From: Paramicrosporidium saccamoebae KSL3
Lineage: Eukaryota > Fungi > Cryptomycota
Direction: 5' to 3'
Assembly: GCA_002794465.1 (NCBI GenBank)
Contig: MTSL01000065.1
Location: 140,450 to 172,449, forward strand
Length of the DNA stretch: 32,000 nt
Made by a program: the position numbers and the translations under genes. A model generated the notes under the pieces. It was not told where the DNA came from. It ran no database searches and saw nothing but the letters and a program-made list of their open reading frames with translations. This document shows, one piece after another, positions 10,296-19,078 of the stretch (position 1 is its first letter; each line of letters opens with the position of its first letter).

Positions 10296-11262
10296 TTATT
10301 GCTGTTTCTCCTGAGCCGCGCTCTCCATAGACATGGCAATAGCTCGAGCCAACATGGCCTCTTCATCATCCTCATCAACCACCATTTCATTTTCCGCCGG
10401 CGGGTTCGTCGCCGATGAATTTGCACCCTTTTCCCTCTCCATTCGGCTCTTCTCGTCCTCCAAGGACAGCTTGAGCGCCATGGCCAGCTCTGGGTCCATA
10501 TCCCCATCCATTCCAAAGTCGCCACCCATCGGAACGCTTCCATCTTCGCCCAGCAATATGGGAGAGGTCATTAGCATCTCGGATAGACTCTCTCCCGCTC
10601 CCACTTGTAGGACATGGCATTCACAACCGGGCGCAAGTAGTGCCTCGTGCAGATTGGATGCATTAGCCTCAACGGCTGCAGCGGCTGCCAGTACCTGCGC
10701 TACCGCAGTCGCATTAGCTTCTTGGCTGCCAAAGGAAATGATATCGAGAGCCACGCCATTCTTCTTGAGAAGCTTTCCAATAGAAGCAAGTGATGCTTGT
10801 GCAGACTCTTCTAACGGCGAGCCGAGAAATGCAATAATTCGTTGTCTCTGATTTGAATTCTGGCGATTCTTCAGGACAAGCTACGCAATGAGACATTATC
10901 ATGGCTCCTACTTGGGCAACTTGGAGGGCGGAGGCAAAATTACAGGCGGCATGACCCTCCAGCCTTGTCGATGCGAGTGCATGTTGTAGTTTGCTTTGCT
11001 CTGACGTCAGGGTCACCAAAACCTTGGGTCTACACCATCAGAAAGGAAACTATTCGTACGACGAGCCACCCATTGTCATTATGGCAACGACATTTTCCAC
11101 GTTAGATTGGCGCTTTGCATTCACAATTAAGTGTGCTGCGTCTTGCTGCGCGTCCAGCCGCGTGGGATGAAAGTCGCCATTCCTCATCCATTCGCAATTA
11201 TCAAGACTAAACCATTACGTCTACGGACAGGCCTACATGACAACAGTCGCTTCCAGCACCAT
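10296..11262 (-). CDS. RPN10: 26S proteasome ubiquitin receptor Rpn10 (vWA domain + 2 UIMs); three introns of 30-31 nt
   Basis: Spliced N-terminus [29 protein letters not shown]..., then LVLKNRQNSNQRQRIIAFLGSP, DIISFG, and UIMs DPELAMALKLSLEDE and EEAMLARAIAMSME. Confidence 0.96.
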
Positions 11263-11287
11263 AAAATGAAACGAAACTATTTATTGG

Positions 11288-13102
11288 TTAAATTGCTTTG
11301 GATATTTGCTCAATGAGGAGATTGGACTCGTCCTCGGCATTGACCGGGACTGCAGAGAGCACATTACAGCGAAGCTTCATCTCTCCCTGGTAGCTTTCTT
11401 GTTTGGCACGGATGCGGAAGACGTATGGCTTGAAGATGGCGTCTTTGAACACGGCCGAATAGGCAGCGTCGTCGTTGATCTTGAGATGGTACATTTCCTC
11501 AGCCGTCTTTCCGAGCAGCTGTTCGCCCGTCTCGTTAAAGGCATTCACCCAGGTCTGGCCAGTATGGTCACCAATCTGCAAACTCATAATGTATCGATGG
11601 TCGCAACGATCAAAGACTTTTTGGCACTTTTCGCACCGCCACATATTGGGTCCCTCTTCGAGCACCTTTTTGTTACAGCCCTCAGTGGGACAGGCCATGT
11701 ATGAAATGGTAGCATCCGACTTTACATATGCAATGGTTCCCAAAATGGAGAAAAAATCTGGCTTATCGCCAGAGCCAAGGAACTCGTCCTTGATTTGTGC
11801 CACCGTTTTGCGGTCATCCTTCTTTGCAGAAACGGCCAGATTGGCTGCAGTCGACAGAGAACGACTGGCTTCATTGATTCCCTGAGAGTCAAACCAACCA
11901 CGGAGTTCGTGTGCCTCGCGGATATCAGGATTCATGGTAATGGTCGACATGGAGCTGGTGGACAAAGTCCTCCCGTTGTAATCCGACACTCGGGCTCCCT
12001 TGATTGCTACAATCGGATAGTTGCCAAGGTCGTTAAAGTTTTCCGCCTGCTGACCCCACAATGTCACCTTGATGGAACAATTGCTCGTGTCCACCAGTGT
12101 GAGATCACGCTTGCTTAGATTTTTTTGAGTAGTTTTAGTGACAATGTTTGCCAGCTCGCCAACCTCTCGGACAATTCCAATAATGTCGCAGTTATTGTCC
12201 TTGTCCAAGTTGGAGACGTGCGAGATTGGAATAAAACTGTACCGGACCGATGGAAGTGCCTCGCCGCCCTCACGAGCCATAGATATCAAGGACGATTGCT
12301 CCAAATGGACCTCATATTCATTACGAACCCCAAACTGGCGCTTGGCAATCTTGACCTGGGCATTCGAAATGAAATAAACTTGGCCCTCCTGAATCATGTC
12401 AAAGAACTTGTCCACCACGTCTCCAAATGCAGTCATTCTAATTTCGCCCGAATTATCAATACAGGTCGCGCTGAAGAGCTTCCCCTCCCCCTTGGCATTG
12501 GCAAATTTCTTGATATCAGTCTTGTTGATGATCCTTGCCTTGATGGCCCATCGGTTGTGATATGGGCTGAGATTGGCAATTGGCTGTAAAGATTCTGGCT
12601 CCTCGCTGCCTCCCGTCGGGGGTGCAACTGCAGGACGATTTGCCATTGTGGCGTTGCCAATGTTACTCTGGAAGGGGTTGGGACGAGGGGCATTGTTGAC
12701 AGCAGGAGGCGCTGCGGGAGGTGCAGTGCGGACGGCAGCATTTCCTGTGGAGGCAATATCCGGATCATGGTCAACATTCACCGGTTCTCCAATCTTGGAC
12801 CGAATGCTCATCAAACTTTCCATCTCCAGGCTGCCGAGGACGAGAAAGGTGTGTCCTTTGGACGAGTTGAGGTTGTATTGGGTCACCTTGAAGACGTCGT
12901 TAAGCTTCAACTGATCGCTCGAGAGGAGCTGTGACATGGGCGACACCACCACAGACTGAATGTAGTGGGTCGAGTCGGACACTGCAACCTTGTACCGACC
13001 GCCCTCCATTGGCTTGATAAATATCAGTTGGACCCATAGAAATGAAGGTCTCTCTCCCAACAATGCTTCCTTAATGGAACCTGGAACCAAGGGATGTGTC
13101 AT
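11288..13102 (-). CDS. RFA1: Replication protein A 70-kDa subunit, intronless
   Basis: N-terminal OB fold, PIANLSPYHNRWAIKAR, DNSGEIRMTAF, DIIGIV, VTLWGQQA, Zn finger YMACPTEGCNKKV...RCEKC, and C-terminal OB fold. Confidence 0.98.
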   Translation of the reverse strand: MTHPLVPGSIKEALLGERPSFLWVQLIFIKPMEGGRYKVAVSDSTHYIQSVVVSPMSQLLSSDQLKLNDVFKVTQYNLNSSKGHTFLVLGSLEMESLMSIRSKIGEPVNVDHDPDIASTGNAAVRTAPPAAPPAVNNAPRPNPFQSNIGNATMANRPAVAPPTGGSEEPESLQPIANLSPYHNRWAIKARIINKTDIKKFANAKGEGKLFSATCIDNSGEIRMTAFGDVVDKFFDMIQEGQVYFISNAQVKIAKRQFGVRNEYEVHLEQSSLISMAREGGEALPSVRYSFIPISHVSNLDKDNNCDIIGIVREVGELANIVTKTTQKNLSKRDLTLVDTSNCSIKVTLWGQQAENFNDLGNYPIVAIKGARVSDYNGRTLSTSSMSTITMNPDIREAHELRGWFDSQGINEASRSLSTAANLAVSAKKDDRKTVAQIKDEFLGSGDKPDFFSILGTIAYVKSDATISYMACPTEGCNKKVLEEGPNMWRCEKCQKVFDRCDHRYIMSLQIGDHTGQTWVNAFNETGEQLLGKTAEEMYHLKINDDAAYSAVFKDAIFKPYVFRIRAKQESYQGEMKLRCNVLSAVPVNAEDESNLLIEQISKAI

Positions 13103-13154
13103 GCCGCAACTCCCGCCGAATTAAATGATTTTTATCGTTAACCTTGATGCTTGC

Positions 13155-13202
13155 GGGATGGGTTTGTGGGGTCTATGCGGGGCTGCTGTGGGTTGCGTGG
13201 GG
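13155..13202 (+). other. Putative G-quadruplex-forming tract (six G>=3 runs) 53-100 nt upstream of the RFA1 start
   Basis: GGGatGGGtttgtGGGGtctatgcGGGGctgctgtGGGttgcgtGGGG, loops 2-7 nt. Folding itself is inferred. Confidence 0.55.
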
Positions 13203-13467
13203 CTTTTGTAAGCTGTGTGTGAGGACTGTATAAGGCGAGTGGAATTTTTGCAAAGTATGTGGAATTGTATACAAATTGTAAGAGGTCTGTGGTCAAGACT
13301 CTATTGAGGGTTATTTGCCCCCTCGCAATAGGCCCTTTAGAGGGTTTTAATCCGGCATTTATGTACCCTCTGGCGATAGACTATTTACTGGGATTTCTGA
13401 TCCACAAATATATCTTCTCATAGTATCTATCCTAACTAGTTTGACACATGCATAAAGAATGAGTAGT

Positions 13468-14235
13468 TTATTCACCACGGCCATATCCCTTAGAGGGAAC
13501 AAGTAGCTGTACGACAGCACCCAAAACTGCAAGAGCGGCAGTGCCAGAGAGTAGCCAATACATCAGAGGGTCATAAGTTTTGTTGAGCGCGAATCTATCC
13601 CCGACTGCAATGTTGTATAAGTGCTCCTTGAATCCAATCTTTAGGTAAAAGTCTGCTCCTAAGACGACAAGCAGAGCACCGGTGATGGCGCTGGCCGCAA
13701 TGATGGCAATATCTTCCAGGAAGACAGCAGCTACGACGGCCAGACCCGCACCAACAACAAGAGCAGCACTGCGGCCAATGGCGTTTTGAATGATACCGCC
13801 AGCCCTCAGGGACAGAATGTAGGTCATTAGAGAATATCCACCTAGCCCAGCCCCAATGTACACACCAACCTTCCACATCCACATACTGAGTGCTGCAACC
13901 ACCACGCCGAGAAGAACGATAGCGATCCAGGTAATCATGGTCAGGTTTTCGGCAGCAACGTGAGGCTTTACGAACTCGGCACCCATCAGCCCAAGCAGTC
14001 CACCCGCAAGGAACCCGACACTACCGAGGAATAACTTGAAGAACCTCTTTCCAGAGAAGCACATGAGAATTCCCATGGCTATGGCGATACCACTGGCAAT
14101 GCCATTAGCAAGAGTCAACTTTGCAGTTTCCACAAGAGTATCAATTTCCGGTGGCGGCGGGAGACCACCACCATTAGGCTTGCTCGCAGCATCGACAGCC
14201 GCGACTAAAAGAGTTAAAAGTGCCTTGTGCATCAT
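13468..14235 (-). CDS. DUF4203/TMEM198-like multi-pass membrane protein with signal peptide
   Basis: Hydrophobic N-terminus (MMHKALLTLLVAAVDA), G(I/L)LMCFSGKRFFK.FLGSVGF, GxxxG-rich helices, and I.ASAITGA..VVLGADFY, typical of DUF4203. Confidence 0.8.
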   Translation of the reverse strand: MMHKALLTLLVAAVDAASKPNGGGLPPPPEIDTLVETAKLTLANGIASGIAIAMGILMCFSGKRFFKLFLGSVGFLAGGLLGLMGAEFVKPHVAAENLTMITWIAIVLLGVVVAALSMWMWKVGVYIGAGLGGYSLMTYILSLRAGGIIQNAIGRSAALVVGAGLAVVAAVFLEDIAIIAASAITGALLVVLGADFYLKIGFKEHLYNIAVGDRFALNKTYDPLMYWLLSGTAALAVLGAVVQLLVPSKGYGRGE

Positions 14236-14327
14236 TCTAGCAGATACGGGGGCAAGTTTCCAGGATTTTTGTAGAAGTAGCGACCACGCTGGTATGCCCT
14301 CGAGGATATATCATGCTGCCCCAAGAA

Positions 14328-14357
14328 CCAATCAGCCACTGAACGCCACGAACCAAT
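14328..14357 (+). promoter_or_regulatory. Tandem CCAAT boxes (AACCAATCAG, AACCAATCAC) upstream of the DUF4203 gene
   Basis: Two full NF-Y/HAP-like RRCCAATCA sites at 14328 and 14353, 93-122 nt from the ATG. Function inferred. Confidence 0.5.
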
Positions 14358-14425
14358 CACCGCTGACTTGGGGGAGAGGGGAAATCTATCGCAGTACATG
14401 TCGAGTGTATTTTATTCACCGAAGA

Positions 14426-14876
14426 TTATTGTATGGATGGCTGGATATATTGAGCAACGTTTTGCAGTCGAAAACCGTTCCTCCTAGAATTAGGGAGTGG
14501 GTTCCAGACGCTCGGAATTATGTTTACATAGGTTCGCTTGGTGTCATAGTCCTTGGAAAACTTGACGATGCCGTTGACCTTGGCATGAAGGGTGTGATCC
14601 TTTCCGTAATGAACCTAAATTGAGCAAAAATCCTTAGACACTTACATTACTACCAGGCCAGTATTGGAAGCCACGCTGACGAATTATAATCTGGTTCTTG
14701 TGTGCGGTGGCACCATTGCCGAGCTTGACTCCGAGACGACGACCGGCAGAGTCGCGGCCATTTTGTGTATTACCTCCTCCCAAATTGGTTGCCCATCTTT
14801 TAAAAAAACCGAGGGGAGATGCAACAGAGGGCAGATTCGGAACGGACAATCCACTGGCTCCGAACCGAAAAATCAT
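14426..14876 (-). CDS. MRP7: Mitochondrial ribosomal protein bL27m with presequence; intron 14615-14645
   Basis: RWATNLGGGNTQNGRDSAGRRLGVKLGNG...NQIIIRQRGFQYWPGSNV|VHYGKDHTLHAKVNGIVKF is the L27 signature. The N-terminus is Arg/Ser-rich and lacks acidic residues. Confidence 0.93.
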
Positions 14877-15257
14877 CAAACCGCAAAATAATAAACTATT
14901 CGTTAACACGACTAAGACAAATAGACCATTTTTATCGCTTTATTAGTCACTCGGTCCATTGCATTGGTTATTGCCACTGGTTTGGTTACTATTATTGCGT
15001 GATGATATAACGTCCCACATACAGGGATTCACTATCGAGTGCTTTAAACAAGAGCTCCGTTTACTAATTACTTCCTGTAGGTTAGGGGGCAGGTCCCGTC
15101 ATTGACCATGCTCTAAATAGGGATTACCATTTCACTAATTCACAGGCCCACCACATATCAATTATAGCTGCCGTGATAATTTTTAGAAAAAAAGAGTGAA
15201 TTTTTGTTTTCGCTATAAATTGGCTTCCAGGGCGGGAATAATTTCGCACCAGACTTT

Positions 15258-16263
15258 ATGTCTTCAACTCCGCTAAGCTCCACTCAGTGCACCTACTGTC
15301 CGTCTGTCTGTACCCATCATGGCGTTTTTATTTAATGGCTATAGCAAAGTATAGCGACTTTGCGCGCACCACCACCGACTTTTTCACCAAAGACTTTCCC
15401 TCTGGCGTAGTCAAGGTTGAGGCCCGCACTCAGTCCCGCAGTCTGTTGGCATCGCGCAGCAGTGGAAAATGGGAAACCTTTTCGGATGAATTCAAGGTGA
15501 CTGCCTCGCGCGACCTGGCCACCGGCGCCATTGCTGCGGACGTAAAGAACACCACTCTCTTCCCCATTGCAGGAACTAAGACGGGTAGTTTTTCAAGAGA
15601 GACTGATGGCGTTTAGAGGCAAAGAGCATTACCACCCTGACTTCTAGCAACCTGCTGACTCAGCAGTTCATCGTCACTAATGCCGTGTTGGATGGATTGA
15701 AGCTCGACGTGACGGGTACCCTGCAGCCGAACGGAACCAACAGCACCAAGGCCAACGTGGAGTTGAATCAGGGCTGTTTCTTGACTTCCACCTCAATTGA
15801 CGTTTTCCGCGGCCCCGTTCTGACCACAGACCTGGCCACTCGCTTCCGCTTCCTCCAACTGGGCGGAGAGGTAGGCTATGATGTTTCCAAGGGCACCCTC
15901 GACAGATACTCCGTCTCGCTTTCCATTGACCGTCCGCGTGAAAAGATGGTGTTGCAGGCTTTGACCGGCTTCAAGACGTTCACTGCCTCATACTTCCAAA
16001 AGTTCAACGACCAGCTGGAGGTGGCCTACCGTTCCTCATGGAACGCCAAGGTGCCAAGTCTGACAATGGAAGTTGGTGCTAAATGGAATCTGATTGGCGG
16101 TGGATTCATCAAGGCCAAGCTGGACAATGTCGGTCGTCTTGGACTGGCGTTGGCGTCGGATCTGCGTCCAGGTGTCCAGATGACCCTCGGTGCCACTGTC
16201 GACACCCAGAAGCTGAACGATAATGCGCACAAGCTGGGCCTGGAGCTCGTCTACTCTGCCTAA
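15258..16263 (+). CDS. POR1: Mitochondrial outer-membrane porin VDAC; introns 15310-15344 (alternative ATG at 15335) and 15585-15616
   Basis: N-terminal KYSDFARTTTDFFTKDF helix, alternating beta-strand pattern, and C-terminal IKAKLDNVGRLGLA...LRPGVQMTLGATVDTQKLNDNAHKLGLEL. The exact start (15258 or 15335) is unresolved. Confidence 0.93.
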
Positions 16264-16338
16264 ATAGTAGACAATAGTTATGTCATGCTGCTTCATGTTC
16301 TGAGCTTATTTTATTAAATAGTCAAAGTGTGATAACGC

Positions 16339-16875
16339 ATGACCTCGCTGGGCCGAAAGACATTGTACGACATGTTGGGCGTCTCTCCCCACGCCTCCCG
16401 CCAGGAGATTAAGACGCAGTTTTATAATCTCTCCATGCTCTATCATCCCGACACCTCAACCTCGACCGACGCCTCCACAGACAGCTCCGCCCGACAGCAT
16501 GAACGGTTTATCCAGATTAGTCATGCCTACTCTATCCTGTCCAACGACCTACGTCGTCGCATCTACGACCGCGAACACAACCTGGTGGCAGTGAAACGGG
16601 AACGTCAATGGCGTCCCCATCCAGGCGCACGTCACTCGACCACAGAGCGACCGGTATGGACACGCAACCCTCGAGAATTCGCCACAAATGAGACGGTCCG
16701 GAGGTGGACACGGTGGGCGGAAGAGTCCAATACCGAACGAGATGCAAGAACAAAGGAGAGGGTTCGGAGCGAGATGGACCAGAAACACGAGTCTGCAACA
16801 GTCCAAAGACGATTAATAGCGCTGCTTGTATCTGTAACAGTTTATTGGTTTCTGAATAATAACACGCGTCAATAG
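16339..16875 (+). CDS. Small J-domain (DnaJ/Hsp40) co-chaperone with C-terminal TM helix
   Basis: TLYDMLGVSPHASRQEIKTQFYNLSMLYHPD...FIQISHAYSILSNDLRRRIYD, followed by C-terminal LIALLVSVTVYWFL. Confidence 0.9.
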   Translation: MTSLGRKTLYDMLGVSPHASRQEIKTQFYNLSMLYHPDTSTSTDASTDSSARQHERFIQISHAYSILSNDLRRRIYDREHNLVAVKRERQWRPHPGARHSTTERPVWTRNPREFATNETVRRWTRWAEESNTERDARTKERVRSEMDQKHESATVQRRLIALLVSVTVYWFLNNNTRQ

Positions 16876-16954
16876 CAGCTGGGACAATGTGCCAGACTGA
16901 CTGCAATTTTGGCTACCAACGAATAGCAATGTGAAATGACCACCGCGACTATTG

Positions 16955-18067
16955 CTAGCGATTGAGAGCAACCCGTTGAGCATTGAGTCTGGCGACGGCC
17001 ATGTTCCGGTCAACAAAGGTGCCGATCAGCTGCGCCAGCAGATTTGGCTGGTCTTCCTGGATTGCATGGCCCGTGTTTCGAATAATGCTATTCTGAAACT
17101 TGCCTTGCATGGAGGCAATCATTAGAGTACGATCCAGATATTCTCGTTCAGCCAGCACGAGTACTCGCGGGATTGCACAGTCTACAAACGCTTGAGAGAG
17201 CCCGCGGAACCAGTCTTCCCAAAAAGGCCGACATTGTAGAAGATTGACCTTCCATTGAAAAATCCCCTCCGTTCGGACGAGCTGATCGGGGATTGAGATG
17301 GATGCCGATTCCGTGTTTCGACACGTACCAGACATGAGAGCCCAGTAAATTGCATCTTCCAACGTGGAGAATGACACTGGCCTTCGTGCCAACGTTGCCG
17401 GCATGGAGCGCAGAGCCAGAAGAGCAGCCTCCTCCACAATATCAATGACTATCACCCCCGCCACATCTGCCAGCAGATTCTGTGTGGCAATCCGACAAAC
17501 GACTGCTCCGCCGAGACTATGACCTGCCAAGAAGACGTAATGCGGTGCACTGAAGCTCCGACAGACATTCTCCACCACGGTAACATAATCGGACAGCAAA
17601 CAATCCAAGGAGAGGTCGCATTCGTCCCCGGAGGAGGATCCGTGTGCCCGTGCATCAATGCTAACGACAGCAATGTGGGGATATTCGAGACACAGCTCCC
17701 TCGTCAGTGTGGCAAAGGAGAGTGCAGAGTATCCTGCGCCATGGTGGGTGAATAGGACAGCCTGCTCCTCGTCTGGCTGTAGACCTCGGGTGTATAATGA
17801 AAACTCCTACATTGAGTCAGCGGCCTTGTTCAATGTACTCCCCGCTCCGTGGTCTCGATATGATGCTCATCAAAATAGTCCTGCCATTTCCCTCTACTCG
17901 TTACAATTTCATTAGCCAGTTTACGGGGTGACTGTGGTGGATAATGACTCCTGTTGGTGTTCGTTCTCTGTCTGGTTTTCATGTTCCGGCTGGCGCTCAT
18001 ATTCCGGTTGACGCTCATAGTCCGGCTGGTGCTCATATTCCGGTTGGTACTCGTATTCGTCGACCAT
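16955..18067 (-). CDS. PPE1: Protein phosphatase 2A methylesterase PME-1; introns 17894-17924 and 17807-17838
   Basis: WQDYF...FTHHGAGYSALSFA, DARAHG, nucleophile GHSLGG, IDIVE, WFRGLS..F, KFQ..II..TGHAIQEDQP (triad present). The N-terminal exon model has an alternative (see findings). Confidence 0.9.
17951..18058 (-). repeat. Coding 18-nt tandem repeat x6 in the first PPE1 exon, encoding (E/D)YE(H/R)QP-like units
   Basis: GAATACGAGTACCAACCG / GAATATGAGCACCAGCCG / GACTATGAGCGTCAACCG / GAATATGAGCGCCAGCCG / GAACATGAAAACCAGACA / GAGAACGAACACCAACAG. Confidence 0.9.
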
Positions 18068-18083
18068 GACCGGGCCAGCTGGG

Positions 18084-18816
18084 ATGTCTGGGCGTGGCCG
18101 AGGACGTGGTCGCGGCAAGACTGTTGCTCCACCCAGTGTTGCTAATGCACCGGGATTTGCCGTTCCCATACCCGCCGTCACGGTCGAGCCGCCACAGCGG
18201 TTTCCGGTATATTTTTTGAATCACGACTGACAGTAAGACACAGAATTTGACCGTGCCCAAAGACCCTTCGGAAGGCGACCAGGCAGCACTGCGGTTTTCC
18301 GAAGAGTTGTCACACTTTGCACGCACCTCGCCCTACCATTTGGTGGAAAAGGTGGTGATTACTGACAACAAGATTGACCGGTATTCGGACAAGTACGTTG
18401 CGCATCTTCGTCCCAAAGACCAGAAAGGCTCTATTCATGCCATAGTCACTGGTATTTCAATCCGTATGATTAATGCGTAGACTTGTCCTTTTTTCCAGAA
18501 GAACTCTACTCGGTCTACCATCCAGAGCGGTCCCAGAAGCCATCCAGGACGCAGAGTCGGTCTTCCTCCTTCCTGGACACGCTGGCCAAGCTCAAGGACC
18601 TGGAAAAGGCTGACGATGAGAAGCTAAAGTCTCAAGACCAGGACGGCGACACGGACGAAGACGGTGACGAGGTTGTGTATGAGGAGGAGGAACTAGAAGA
18701 CGAGACTGACTATAATCTGACATATTTCGACAACGACGACGAATACGGCGACAATGATGACGGCGATGGTATTCACAAGTACTGTATTCATATTTGTAGA
18801 GGGGCCTGTGTACTAA
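18084..18816 (+). CDS. RPC31: RNA polymerase III subunit RPC7/C31; three introns (from 18207, about 18452-18480, about 18769-18799)
   Basis: MSGRGRGRGRG...PPQRFP start, FARTSPYHL, IDRYSDKY, DLSFFPEEL, acidic tail with DYNLTYFDND, ending EGPVY. Confidence 0.9.
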
Positions 18817-18897
18817 TAGAGTAGTTTATATTAAAATGTTACTATAAGACTGTTGTGTGGTGGGAGCATGTCCGCGGTGTCAATATGTAAAGTAGTA

Positions 18898-19045
18898 AAA
18901 TGTTTATTACCAACTGCCTTTTATGGATTCACCGGCACAATATCCAAACATTGGCAAGGCAGTGTTTCCATGCCTCGCCTTGTATAGTGTTGCGTAGTGG
19001 AGTTCAGTTTAATAAGACATTAAATCCTTTGTATTCTCCACACAC
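18898..19045 (-). ncRNA. Candidate structured ncRNA (H/ACA-like layout) between convergent RPC31 and RUD3
   Basis: Hairpin GUGUGUGGAG..UUUAAU-loop-AUUAAA..CUCCACUACGC, then ANANNA (ACACUA), a GAAA-capped 9+2-bp hairpin or an alternative long hairpin, and a terminal ACA+UUU. CCAAT box 13 nt upstream. No target identified. Confidence 0.3.
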
Positions 19046-19078
19046 CCCACTCATTAACCAATCCGCCACTTTACATTA

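Noticed and set aside
10660-10720. Ala-rich EANA...EANA insertion in RPN10 considered as a missed intron
   Set aside because: The candidate GT..AG spans (28 or 19 nt) would shift the frame, and the frame is open as is; treated as a small internal duplication.
14925-15066. Plus-strand hydrophobic frame TIFIALLVTRSIALVIATGLVTIIA and a GTGATGA box-C-like word
   Set aside because: No in-frame start codon or usable donor upstream, and no box D (CTGA) downstream.
18910-18930. GCCTTTTAT resembling U5 snRNA loop 1 on the plus strand
   Set aside because: The closing stem is only 3 bp and no Sm site follows; not a U5 gene.
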